64,000 nt of DNA from Balanoglossus misakiensis (GCA_040954595.2 CM082577.2:15321903-15385902); one strand, 5' to 3'. Positions 53,346-64,000 are shown, numbered from the stretch's first letter. The notes: a model not told the origin generated them from the sequence alone. A program made the numbers and translations.

Positions 53346-56300
53346 TTAATACATTGGGGCTTTATAACCCCCAAACTCGCCATTGTCTTCCAACCCGTCG
53401 TGTCCTTCAACAATTTTAGACTTTACAGTAGGTGCCAGCTTGAAAATATTAGTTTGGGGGGTTACCGCGTCAACTTCGTTTGAGATTTCAACAAACCTTG
53501 AATCGCGCAGCTTGTTAACAATTAGGTCAATTTCATTGTCATCGACTGAACGAGGGAAATATCGACGAATGTCGAATAAATAAAACGGTTCCTGTTTGGA
53601 TGTCGATGCAAAATCTAACACAGGTTTCTCTAAGGTCTCGCGTATTTTAATCTTGAAGTCGTTGACGGCCTTCTCGTCTTTTAATAAAACCGTGTCATAG
53701 TCTGTAGAACTCACAAGCACCTGCCTTGACTTGTTTTTAATGTCAAACGATTCTCTGGACATCAATGGCTGCTTACATAGATTAAATTGTATGATGTTTA
53801 ACTGACGTCGATTGTATACCGGTGTCTTACAAATAGGACAGGACACTTGTTCAACGTTCTCATCAAAGGCGTTCACTCTCATATATTCTTGCAAGCACGT
53901 TTCGTGGAAAAGATGACATCCATTCCAACAGTCTATCACGTTATTTTGTTCAGAATATTTTATTAATTCTTTGTCTGACATTTCTTCTCCGTGATCCCGT
54001 CTCAATCTCAACTCGCGACAGTTTATCGCCTGCAATTGCCGGTATGGCCCCAGCTTATCCAAACATAGGGCGCAATTCGTGGCCTCCCATTCTCCGCGTT
54101 CGTATTCCGGGGATGTGCAATCCGAAGAAGGTTCCGTGAACGACGTGTCGTAATAAGATTCGTCAAAGAGGACAACGCACTTATAAGGGTCACCACATCT
54201 GTAATAACGCTTTCGGAATAGGTTTATCTGGGCACCGGTTCTGTTTTGATTTAACATATTGAATAAATTTACTACACACGACGTCCACAGTGCAAAAAAA
54301 TTTCCAGGTCTAACCAAACACCCGCTGACACATTGACTTTGTGTGCGATGTTGCAGAAAAGATACGCCTTCCTTACTGAGATGGAACGTATCAGAGAAAA
54401 ATTTAACCACTTCCGATTTGACAGAAAGTATGGCATCTTGGGTAGGAGTTTTGGAATGTACCATCAGATATTTTATCAAATAGCAAAGTCCATAAAAACA
54501 ATCGTTGGGGTTAATTTGAATTTCACGCGGATCCAGTAATACAAGTCGGCGGTCATTAGCTGGACGCAATTGTCCAGGACCGTGTTTTTCACGAAGGGTT
54601 GTTGAAGCACCATGAAATGGCACTCTGGAAAACACTCGTCCATAGCCCACACCTGTAGTAGTTCCGATTGGAATTAATTGACAACTGCTCTCGGAGTTTG
54701 TAGGTGGCTTTGTCAAAACACTGTCGTTTTGTTGTAACGGGGCCGATTGAGAATTTCCATCTCGGTCGTGATCACTTCTCCTACTGGCTGTGACAATCGG
54801 TGTACAACTACCCCGCAGTTCAACGGGACAAGTTAGGCGTGGCTTTGTCAAAACACTGTCGTTTTGTTGTAACGGGGCCGATTGAGAATTTCCATCTCGG
54901 TCGTGATCACTTCTCCTACTGGCTGTGACAATAGGTGTACAACTACCCCGCAGTTCAACTGGACAAGTTTGACGTGGCTTTGTCAAAACACTGTCGTTTT
55001 GTTGTAACGGGGCCGATTGAGAATTTCCATCTCGGTCGTGATCACTTCTCCTACTGGCTGTGACAATCGGTGTACAACTACCCCGCAGTTCAACGGGACA
55101 AGTTAGGCGTGGCTTTGTCAAAACACTGTCGTTTTGTTGTAACGGGGCCGATTGAGAATTTCCATCTCGGTCGTGATCACTTCGCCTACTGGTTGTGACA
55201 ATAGGTGTACAACTACCCCGCAGTTTAACTGGACAAGTTTGACGTGGCTTTGTGCACAGCATAGGATCTAACCCCTTTTCTGCACTCTGCACACCAGTAC
55301 CAAACGAAGTTGCTTGTTTATCGTCATCCTCACTGTCATCTGAAGATGAAGACCATTTTGTCAATTCGGGATGTGTTAAGGTGGAGTTGTCGACACGCTC
55401 TATCCTTTTTTTAATAGCACACAGCTCACTTCCGCGCGCCGTGTCCTGACCGACATTCCTTTGTCTTCTGTTACAAAGCCGATTGGCCAATACGCTAGCG
55501 CGGATGGTTGACTCGGTGCGATCTCCCTCGTGTACTTCCAATTGTAACACTTTATCAGAGTGAAGACTAAAATCTCGTCCCGCACACCTTTGGAGAGAGT
55601 TCTGAAAGTCAACATCCGCCAGGTGTATTGCCTTCCATTGCTGACTGGAAAATACAGATTCCTCGCACTTTCGTCTGAAATCAGCAACAGAATTGTTTTC
55701 GTCTGTTCTTTGTTTCAACACGGACAACCACATTTCATGCAACATGTTGTATTTAGTGTCGTCGATAACTCCCAGTTTACCCGCATGTAGATGCCTACTG
55801 AGCGTGGTTAACGTACGATCCATTGCTTTACAAAGGTCCCCATCACTTGTGTCTCGAATGCATTTTTGCAAGCGTGTAATTTCAGCCCCTAAATTGTTAA
55901 GTTTGGTTGAATTCTGTGTATGTATCTTGACGAATTCTTTACACCTTTCACCTAGGTTCGGCATTCTCATGCATAAATCTCTATTTAACATTCTCGGGTT
56001 TCGATCAAGCCATTTATTTTCGTCAGAGAAATGGTAGAAATCGGCGGTAGAACACGCATCAATACTCTTAACTTCTTCAATCTGTTCCTCTGTATATCCG
56101 TGATCTCGCAATATATGCCTATTTAAGGACCGTTCATTATGAAAGCGGTCGTGGCAATTACGTATTCTACAAGTAAATCGAAACCCTAGTAAGACTTCCT
56201 GGGTTTTCGCGTATGGTCCTAATTCTTCCATAAGAACTCGTATTTTCCGGCGTCTGTCCGGTTGGTCTTCTGCAAGCAAGTCGAAGTGGCTGACTGATTC

Positions 56301-57293
56301 CGACAAACCAAACACTCTGACGTTGGTGAGTGACCAATCAAACGTGGACAGGTACTCTGTTAAACCACGAGTGTGAATAAATCCATATTTCTGTCGCAAA
56401 TGTTCTAAAAGGACATGGAAATAGCACACTCCTCGTGGTTGATTGTCATTATCAGCCAAGAAATAAATGCAATCGGAAACAATAGTTTTGGGGACATTCG
56501 CCACTAATTTATCGCCATGCATTCGGACAAGTGTGACGTTGTTATTACAAGTATCGCAGTTGACAACGCTTCTAAGACGGCCTAGGAAAAATACGCATGT
56601 TTGAAATCCCAGGTTTCGTTCCTTTAGGTTAGTCATTGAGACATAGTCGCCACTGGTCAATGCCCTTTGCAAGAATCGCCATTGGTCGCGCATAAACGCG
56701 GGTTCTCCAATCAAGATAGAATGGGGTCGGTTAAGCATGGCCCTTGACAAGATCATACTGTGATCTCTGTCGCTAAACGTGTAAAACTTATCAAGGCCAC
56801 TGGTGTCTCTCATGTCATTAACCCATTCGGGGTACACTGTGTGTGTCTCTCTCTGTTCGTCGTTTGTCTTCATGCGCTTGTTAGCACTCTTGGTGTCTCC
56901 GTCACTCGCGTTCACGAGTGGACTGAGAGTCGTCGACAATGCTCGAACGAAATCAGCTTGACTCGCGTATATGCCATACAGACTGAAATTTTTTGGTCTC
57001 ATTACCATCTCGTTGATTAGTTGATATAAATCAATCCGGAACCCGGGTGTCGGTTGACCAGTAGAAAATTCACGGGCCATGTTAGCAATTTGATTAATAG
57101 TCAAACAATCATGTTGGCTGACAACTTTGTATATCTTTTCAAGAAACGTGTGCAATGACTTTTCTTGCACAGTGGTCGAGTCAGTGTTCAGTTTATCGAT
57201 GGTAGATGAAGGTTTCCGCCCAGAGCCTGAGTCGACGCCAAACACCAATAAAACGTCTTTACTGAGTTCTGGATAGAGCGGGGACAGATTCAT
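53346..57293 (-). CDS. Large protein with C2H2 zinc finger, 45-aa repeats and a split RING-H2
   Basis: CRIRNCHDRFHNERSLNRHILRDH; CALC..(insert)..CHLFHETC..CPIC. Confidence 0.8.
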   Translation of the reverse strand: MNLSPLYPELSKDVLLVFGVDSGSGRKPSSTIDKLNTDSTTVQEKSLHTFLEKIYKVVSQHDCLTINQIANMAREFSTGQPTPGFRIDLYQLINEMVMRPKNFSLYGIYASQADFVRALSTTLSPLVNASDGDTKSANKRMKTNDEQRETHTVYPEWVNDMRDTSGLDKFYTFSDRDHSMILSRAMLNRPHSILIGEPAFMRDQWRFLQRALTSGDYVSMTNLKERNLGFQTCVFFLGRLRSVVNCDTCNNNVTLVRMHGDKLVANVPKTIVSDCIYFLADNDNQPRGVCYFHVLLEHLRQKYGFIHTRGLTEYLSTFDWSLTNVRVFGLSESVSHFDLLAEDQPDRRRKIRVLMEELGPYAKTQEVLLGFRFTCRIRNCHDRFHNERSLNRHILRDHGYTEEQIEEVKSIDACSTADFYHFSDENKWLDRNPRMLNRDLCMRMPNLGERCKEFVKIHTQNSTKLNNLGAEITRLQKCIRDTSDGDLCKAMDRTLTTLSRHLHAGKLGVIDDTKYNMLHEMWLSVLKQRTDENNSVADFRRKCEESVFSSQQWKAIHLADVDFQNSLQRCAGRDFSLHSDKVLQLEVHEGDRTESTIRASVLANRLCNRRQRNVGQDTARGSELCAIKKRIERVDNSTLTHPELTKWSSSSDDSEDDDKQATSFGTGVQSAEKGLDPMLCTKPRQTCPVKLRGSCTPIVTTSRRSDHDRDGNSQSAPLQQNDSVLTKPRLTCPVELRGSCTPIVTASRRSDHDRDGNSQSAPLQQNDSVLTKPRQTCPVELRGSCTPIVTASRRSDHDRDGNSQSAPLQQNDSVLTKPRLTCPVELRGSCTPIVTASRRSDHDRDGNSQSAPLQQNDSVLTKPPTNSESSCQLIPIGTTTGVGYGRVFSRVPFHGASTTLREKHGPGQLRPANDRRLVLLDPREIQINPNDCFYGLCYLIKYLMVHSKTPTQDAILSVKSEVVKFFSDTFHLSKEGVSFLQHRTQSQCVSGCLVRPGNFFALWTSCVVNLFNMLNQNRTGAQINLFRKRYYRCGDPYKCVVLFDESYYDTSFTEPSSDCTSPEYERGEWEATNCALCLDKLGPYRQLQAINCRELRLRRDHGEEMSDKELIKYSEQNNVIDCWNGCHLFHETCLQEYMRVNAFDENVEQVSCPICKTPVYNRRQLNIIQFNLCKQPLMSRESFDIKNKSRQVLVSSTDYDTVLLKDEKAVNDFKIKIRETLEKPVLDFASTSKQEPFYLFDIRRYFPRSVDDNEIDLIVNKLRDSRFVEISNEVDAVTPQTNIFKLAPTVKSKIVEGHDGLEDNGEFGGYKAPMY
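54703..55252. repeat. Intragenic 135-bp tandem repeat, about 4 copies
   Basis: ggctttgt at 54706, 54841, 54976, 55111 and 55246. Confidence 0.95.
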
Positions 57294-57600
57294 TTCATTA
57301 CTTTTCTCGGTTATTCGCCGAAACTGTTTTGGAACGTACGCTAATATCCACTTACAAAAGAGGGCACGGTAGTGTGTAGAGGTAATGTGCTGTAATTGAA
57401 TCTTTGTAAGAACACCTGTCGAGAAAAGTGCCTCATTAAACAGGACTCATCTTCCTTGTTTAATATATATCTTTATGTTTTCATTATCGTCTGCATATAC
57501 AAAATACATTTCAATACCCCACGATTGATAAGAGAGACTGTATCCTATTTATTCACGTGTATGTTTTTGAGGAAGAAACGACCATGTCGTATTCAGTGAA

Positions 57601-58392
57601 TTAGTTTCTTGTACGTGACACCCCTTGAATGCTGTCAGTATCTGCATGGTCTATTAGTAAGTCCGACTCGTAATCGTCTGTAGGATAAGGGTCGTTGTTT
57701 CTAAAATTGATCTCTCTAGTCAGCCTCTTGTGGTGATACAAATGTGTCGCTAAATGTACGAACGAAAACACGGCAATTATAATGAGACCACCCTTTACAA
57801 CGTCTTCACCGAACACTTTACAGAACCCAGTGTCTCTGTAATTGGGCGTCAGAAAACACATGGGTATGCTTTGGGCCGTTACCACAAGAATGCCGATGAC
57901 AAAAAGTGGAAACACATGTATAGCTATTCTCTCTCGCATATGGGGTTCCATGAGAGACTCCAGTATCTTCTCTTCCCCTTTGAAAGTCTTGTAAAGGAGA
58001 TACACTACGTTCAGCATCACGATAGCGCAGTCTATATACGCGGGATACACGCAAAATCTCAATATACCGTATAAATCTGGGATCTTACACGGGTCTCCAC
58101 CCGCTCTTTCACCTTGTACGACTAACATAATGGCTGCGATTGTGAAAAAAACAGCGTACACAAACTTTTGAAGATGAAGTAACAGATGGTCGTGAAATGC
58201 CCTCAGTCCCTTCTGTCTATAAACGTCTGTGACGCCATCATCCAGTCTCTTGAATTCTTGAACAGTTTTTAGGAAAACCTTTCTAGACGAATGCGTTAAA
58301 GTATCCCACCTGTCGCCCATCTGATTCTTAAACGGCCGTTTAGTCACATGTTGTTTACCGACAATCCGGGTATATTTTTTGCCGGGTGTCAT
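57601..58392 (-). CDS. Four-TM membrane protein
   Basis: Four hydrophobic segments with Cys in the loops; TATTAA about 40 nt upstream. Confidence 0.7.
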   Translation of the reverse strand: MTPGKKYTRIVGKQHVTKRPFKNQMGDRWDTLTHSSRKVFLKTVQEFKRLDDGVTDVYRQKGLRAFHDHLLLHLQKFVYAVFFTIAAIMLVVQGERAGGDPCKIPDLYGILRFCVYPAYIDCAIVMLNVVYLLYKTFKGEEKILESLMEPHMRERIAIHVFPLFVIGILVVTAQSIPMCFLTPNYRDTGFCKVFGEDVVKGGLIIIAVFSFVHLATHLYHHKRLTREINFRNNDPYPTDDYESDLLIDHADTDSIQGVSRTRN

Positions 58393-58455
58393 TCTGATTT
58401 ACTTAGTTACTTGTCTAATAACGTCGACGTTAATAGAACTAACCAGTGAATAAGT

Positions 58456-59277
58456 GTGATGTCTCGCGCACACCCTTACACTACTTTAAAAAAAAATCGC
58501 CTCAAGACTTATTTGACAGTAACGCTGGTAGAAAAATGTAAGATAAATATTAAAAGGGCAAGAAAGGGTTACGTGGCTATCGACAAACGGTCTTCTAAAG
58601 AATGTCAGCTCACCGGTGTCTACAAGCAGATCAGAAAATATCATTTACCAGCAGAGTGTTACACAAATATTAAGCTACGACGACAACGGCGATCGCGCAC
58701 ATACAGCACTAAATGCCCAAGGGAAGCCATGTACTTAGGAAAAAACATTGACAAATCAGTCAAACTTATGTTAAAAGAGAAACCTATCGCACACACTCCG
58801 GTGACACAAAGCATATTCAATTCATTGCGATATTTGGGATACACTCCGCTGACAGCACAACTTCCTGTCACAAACTTCCAACCGGATCAACAAGATTGTA
58901 AGTGGGGTGCAACTGTTGGTGTATTAGACCTCGTAGCATACAACCAAGAAAAGAAAATATATACAGCGATTGAACTCAAAACAACCTCTAAACACTACAG
59001 TGATATTAAAAAAGAACACGATTGGGCGAACCTTAATCCTTCGACCGGCTACAGGCGGTCTTTTTATTCTCAAGCGGTACTACAATCCCAGTTAGGAGCT
59101 CTCATGCTAATTAATACATTCAACTTAACAAGCGCTGATAGCTTAGTCATTGTTTATTCTTTCGCAGATAAATCCACCGTTATCGAATGTGTAGGACAAT
59201 TTAATAACACCACGTCGGCATCTGAATTGTTTCCATGGGTTGTAGGTTACAGGAAACAATGTGTACACAGAAGGTGA
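58456..59277 (+). CDS. PD-(D/E)XK nuclease
   Basis: GVLDLVAY..AIELKT..QSQLG. Confidence 0.7.
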   Translation: MMSRAHPYTTLKKNRLKTYLTVTLVEKCKINIKRARKGYVAIDKRSSKECQLTGVYKQIRKYHLPAECYTNIKLRRQRRSRTYSTKCPREAMYLGKNIDKSVKLMLKEKPIAHTPVTQSIFNSLRYLGYTPLTAQLPVTNFQPDQQDCKWGATVGVLDLVAYNQEKKIYTAIELKTTSKHYSDIKKEHDWANLNPSTGYRRSFYSQAVLQSQLGALMLINTFNLTSADSLVIVYSFADKSTVIECVGQFNNTTSASELFPWVVGYRKQCVHRR

Positions 59278-59316
59278 GATGTGTCACCTCGCGTCGACTG
59301 ATAAACATCACGTCAC

Positions 59317-59334
59317 ATATATATATATATATAT
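59317..59334. repeat. (AT)n microsatellite at the virus/array junction
   Basis: atatatatatatatatat. Confidence 0.95.
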
Positions 59335-62300
59335 CTGTAATGGAAATGGAGAAAGTACCTTATATTTTCTGTAAAATAGACATTTAATTGGCAAGCCGTC
59401 CTGCATCAATTATGAATTGTGTACATGCACTAAAGCGCCCTCACTGCTGGGTGTGTTGTATGGTCTTTAACCCTGTTTCAAATTAGAGTACTTTCTGCAA
59501 TTTCAAGACAGATCTTACGTGCCATTGGAGAGCTCCATTGACTGGTCATTCATACTGTTTTCATTCATTCATTGCGGCATCAATATATTTTATCTATTCT
59601 AGCCAAAGAGCTTGGCACCTGTTGAAATGAACTCATCTGCTGTGGGCCAGTTTATTGGTGGCAGTTGAGCTGAGCAGAGCACCTTCCTTCCCGGCACGCC
59701 ACCAAGTAAAGTTCCACGCCGCCCACCACAGATGCCAGCATTCATTCATGCGAGTGAGTGTAATTGCAAATTTGCCTATTCTAGATCTGTAATGGAAATG
59801 GAGAAAGTACCTTATATTTTCTGTAAAATAGACATTTAATTGGCAAGCCGTCCTGCATCAATTATGAATTGTGTACATGCACTAAAGCGCCCTCACTGCT
59901 GGGTGTGTTGTATGGTCTTTAACCCTGTTTCAAATTAGAGTACTTTCTGCAATTTCAAGACAGATCTTACGTGCCATTGGAGAGCTCCATTGACTGGTCA
60001 TTCATACTGTTTTCATTCATTCATTGCGGCATCAATATATTTTATCTATTCTAGCCAAAGAGCTTGGCACCTGTTGAAATGAACTCATCTGCTGTGGGCC
60101 AGTTTATTGGTGGCAGTTGAGCTGAGAAGAGCACCTTCCTTCCCGGCACGCCACCAAGTAAAGTTCCACGCCGCCCACCACAGATGCCAGCATTCATTCA
60201 TGCGAGTGAGTGTAATTGCAAATTTGCCTATTCTAGATCTGTAATGGAAATGGAGAAAGTACCTTATATTTTCTGTAAAATAGACATTTAATTGGCAAGC
60301 CGTCCTGCATCAATTATGAATTGTGTACATGCACTAAAGCGCCCTCACTGCTGGGTGTGTTGTATGGTCTTTAACCCTGTTTCAAATTAGAGTACTTTCT
60401 GCAATTTCAAGACAGATCTTACGTGCCATTGGAGAGCTCCATTGACTGGTCATTCATACTGTTTTCATTCATTCATTGCGGCATCAATATATTTTATCTA
60501 TTCTAGCCAAAGAGCTTGGCACCTGTTGAAATGAACTCATCTGCTGTGGGCCAGTTTATTGGTGGCAGTTGAGCTGAGAAGAGCACCTTCCTTCCCGGCA
60601 CGCCACCAAGTAAAGTTCCACGCCGCCCACCACAGATGCCAGCATTCATTCATGCGAGTGAGTGTAATTGCAAATTTGCCTATTCTAGATCTGTAATGGA
60701 AATGGAGAAAGTACCTTATATTTTCTGTAAAATAGACATTTAATTGGCAAGCCGTCCTGCATCAATTATGAATTGTGTACATGCACTAAAGCGCCCTCAC
60801 TGCTGGGTGTGTTGTATGGTCTTTAACCCTGTTTCAAATTAGAGTACTTTCTGCAATTTCAAGACAGATCTTACGTGCCATTGGAGAGCTCCATTGACTG
60901 GTCATTCATACTGTTTTCATTCATTCATTGCGGCATCAATATATTTTATCTATTCTAGCCAAAGAGCTTGGCACCTGTTGAAATGAACTCATCTGCTGTG
61001 GGCCAGTTTATTGGTGGCAGTTGAGCTGAGCAGAGCACCTTCCTTCCCGGCACGCCACCAAGTAAAGTTCCACGCCGCCCACCACAGATGCCAGCATTCA
61101 TTCATGCGAGTGAGTGTAATTGCAAATTTGCCTATTCTAGATCTGTAATGGAAATGGAGAAAGTACCTTATATTTTCTGTAAAATAGACATTTAATTGGC
61201 AAGCCGTCCTGCATCAATTATGAATTGTGTACATGCACTAAAGCGCCCTCACTGCTGGGTGTGTTGTATGGTCTTTAACCCTGTTTCAAATTAGAGTACT
61301 TTCTGCAATTTCAAGACAGATCTTACGTGCCATTGGAGAGCTCCATTGACTGGTCATTCATACTGTTTTCATTCATTCATTGCGGCATCAATATATTTTA
61401 TCTATTCTAGCCAAAGAGCTTGGCACCTGTTGAAATGAACTCATCTGCTGTGGGCCAGTTTATTGGTGGCAGTTGAGCTGAGAAGAGCACCTTCCTTCCC
61501 GGCACGCCACCAAGTAAAGTTCCACGCCGCCCACCACAGATGCCAGCATTCATTCATGCGAGTGAGTGTAATTGCAAATTTGCCTATTCTAGATCTGTAA
61601 TGGAAATGGAGAAAGTACCTTATATTTTCTGTAAAATAGACATTTAATTGGCAAGCCGTCCTGCATCAATTATGAATTGTGTACATGCACTAAAGCGCCC
61701 TCACTGCTGGGTGTGTTGTATGGTCTTTAACCCTGTTTCAAATTAGAGTACTTTCTGCAATTTCAAGACAGATCTTACGTGCCATTGGAGAGCTCCATTG
61801 ACTGGTCATTCATACTGTTTTCATTCATTCATTGCGGCATCAATATATTTTATCTATTCTAGCCAAAGAGCTTGGCACCTGTTGAAATGAACTCATCTGC
61901 TGTGGGCCAGTTTATTGGTGGCAGTTGAGCTGAGCAGAGCACCTTCCTTCCCGGCACGCCACCAAGTAAAGTTCCACGCCGCCCACCACAGATGCCAGCA
62001 TTCATTCATGCGAGTGAGTGTAATTGCAAATTTGCCTATTCTAGATCTGTAATGGAAATGGAGAAAGTACCTTATATTTTCTGTAAAATAGACATTTAAT
62101 TGGCAAGCCGTCCTGCATCAATTATGAATTGTGTACATGCACTAAAGCGCCCTCACTGCTGGGTGTGTTGTATGGTCTTTAACCCTGTTTCAAATTAGAG
62201 TACTTTCTGCAATTTCAAGACAGATCTTACGTGCCATTGGAGAGCTCCATTGACTGGTCATTCATACTGTTTTCATTCATTCATTGCGGCATCAATATAT

Positions 62301-64000
62301 TTTATCTATTCTAGCCAAAGAGCTTGGCACCTGTTGAAATGAACTCATCTGCTGTGGGCCAGTTTATTGGTGGCAGTTGAGCTGAGAAGAGCACCTTCCT
62401 TCCCGGCACGCCACCAAGTAAAGTTCCACGCCGCCCACCACAGATGCCAGCATTCATTCATGCGAGTGAGTGTAATTGCAAATTTGCCTATTCTAGATCT
62501 GTAATGGAAATGGAGAAAGTACCTTATATTTTCTGTAAAATAGACATTTAATTGGCAAGCCGTCCTGCATCAATTATGAATTGTGTACATGCACTAAAGC
62601 GCCCTCACTGCTGGGTGTGTTGTATGGTCTTTAACCCTGTTTCAAATTAGAGTACTTTCTGCAATTTCAAGACAGATCTTACGTGCCATTGGAGAGCTCC
62701 ATTGACTGGTCATTCATACTGTTTTCATTCATTCATTGCGGCATCAATATATTTTATCTATTCTAGCCAAAGAGCTTGGCACCTGTTGAAATGAACTCAT
62801 CTGCTGTGGGCCAGTTTATTGGTGGCAGTTGAGCTGAGCAGAGCACCTTCCTTCCCGGCACGCCACCAAGTAAAGTTCCACGCCGCCCACCACAGATGCC
62901 AGCATTCATTCATGCGAGTGAGTGTAATTGCAAATTTGCCTATTCTAGATCTGTAATGGAAATGGAGAAAGTACCTTATATTTTCTGTAAAATAGACATT
63001 TAATTGGCAAGCCGTCCTGCATCAATTATGAATTGTGTACATGCACTAAAGCGCCCTCACTGCTGGGTGTGTTGTATGGTCTTTAACCCTGTTTCAAATT
63101 AGAGTACTTTCTGCAATTTCAAGACAGATCTTACGTGCCATTGGAGAGCTCCATTGACTGGTCATTCATACTGTTTTCATTCATTCATTGCGGCATCAAT
63201 ATATTTTATCTATTCTAGCCAAAGAGCTTGGCACCTGTTGAAATGAACTCATCTGCTGTGGGCCAGTTTATTGGTGGCAGTTGAGCTGAGAAGAGCACCT
63301 TCCTTCCCGGCACGCCACCAAGTAAAGTTCCACGCCGCCCACCACAGATGCCAGCATTCATTCATGCGAGTGAGTGTAATTGCAAATTTGCCTATTCTAG
63401 ATCTGTAATGGAAATGGAGAAAGTACCTTATATTTTCTGTAAAATAGACATTTAATTGGCAAGCCGTCCTGCATCAATTATGAATTGTGTACATGCACTA
63501 AAGCGCCCTCACTGCTGGGTGTGTTGTATGGTCTTTAACCCTGTTTCAAATTAGAGTACTTTCTGCAATTTCAAGACAGATCTTACGTGCCATTGGAGAG
63601 CTCCATTGACTGGTCATTCATACTGTTTTCATTCATTCATTGCGGCATCAATATATTTTATCTATTCTAGCCAAAGAGCTTGGCACCTGTTGAAATGAAC
63701 TCATCTGCTGTGGGCCAGTTTATTGGTGGCAGTTGAGCTGAGCAGAGCACCTTCCTTCCCGGCACGCCACCAAGTAAAGTTCCACGCCGCCCACCACAGA
63801 TGCCAGCATTCATTCATGCGAGTGAGTGTAATTGCAAATTTGCCTATTCTAGATCTGTAATGGAAATGGAGAAAGTACCTTATATTTTCTGTAAAATAGA
63901 CATTTAATTGGCAAGCCGTCCTGCATCAATTATGAATTGTGTACATGCACTAAAGCGCCCTCACTGCTGGGTGTGTTGTATGGTCTTTAACCCTGTTTCA
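59333..64000 (+). repeat. 452-bp near-perfect tandem array (>10 copies, runs off the window); Helitron-like unit ends
   Basis: Unit ATCTGTAATGG..GCAAATTTGCCTATTCTAG starts at 59333, 59785, 60237 and onward; only one C/A variant site was noticed. Confidence 0.97.

Larger units (their letters stand above)
1..59277. mobile_element. Segment of a large herpes/mirus-like dsDNA virus genome (Duplodnaviria), probably endogenous; continues left of the window
   Basis: Tightly packed, mostly intronless ORFs with TATA and AATAAA signals. Contains terminase, capsid protease, MCP, PolB, dNK and RNR. Host-type MITE inside; satellite array at the right edge. Confidence 0.85.

Noticed and set aside
58456-59277. 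Cas4 with an adjacent CRISPR array
   Set aside because: No Cas4 Fe-S cysteine pattern, and the adjacent array is a spacer-less 452-bp repeat.
1-59277. Nucleocytoviricota, baculovirus/nudivirus or bacteriophage origin
   Set aside because: No jelly-roll MCP, A32 ATPase, pif/lef or RNA polymerase genes recognised. Herpes-type terminase and protease plus spliceosomal introns are present.

Overview
Positions 1 to ~59,280 are a gene-dense segment of a large eukaryotic dsDNA virus of the HK97/Duplodnaviria type (herpesvirus- or mirusvirus-like). It is probably integrated in an animal genome, and it ends at an (AT)n tract followed by a 452-bp tandem array. Virion and packaging genes: a spliced terminase large-subunit exon (not in the ORF track), an assemblin-like protease-scaffold, a 1155-aa major capsid protein and two probable triplex proteins. 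Replication and nucleic-acid genes: a PolB with degenerate motifs, a deoxynucleoside kinase, RNR small subunit, and HNH and PD-(D/E)XK nucleases. A UL92-like late-transcription factor sits antisense beside the terminase exon, as in beta/gammaherpesviruses. Host-manipulation genes: two IAP-like BIR-RING proteins, a MARCH/K3-type ligase, three BTB proteins, an OTU deubiquitinase, a RING-H2 protein, a p25-like CDK5 activator next to an LTR-end/tRNA-Trp PBS relic, and a two-exon H3/CENP-A-like histone that the ORF track misses. A Harbinger-type MITE with a TTA target-site duplication supports residence in, or passage through, a host nucleus. All family calls come from manual motif recognition, not database searches.
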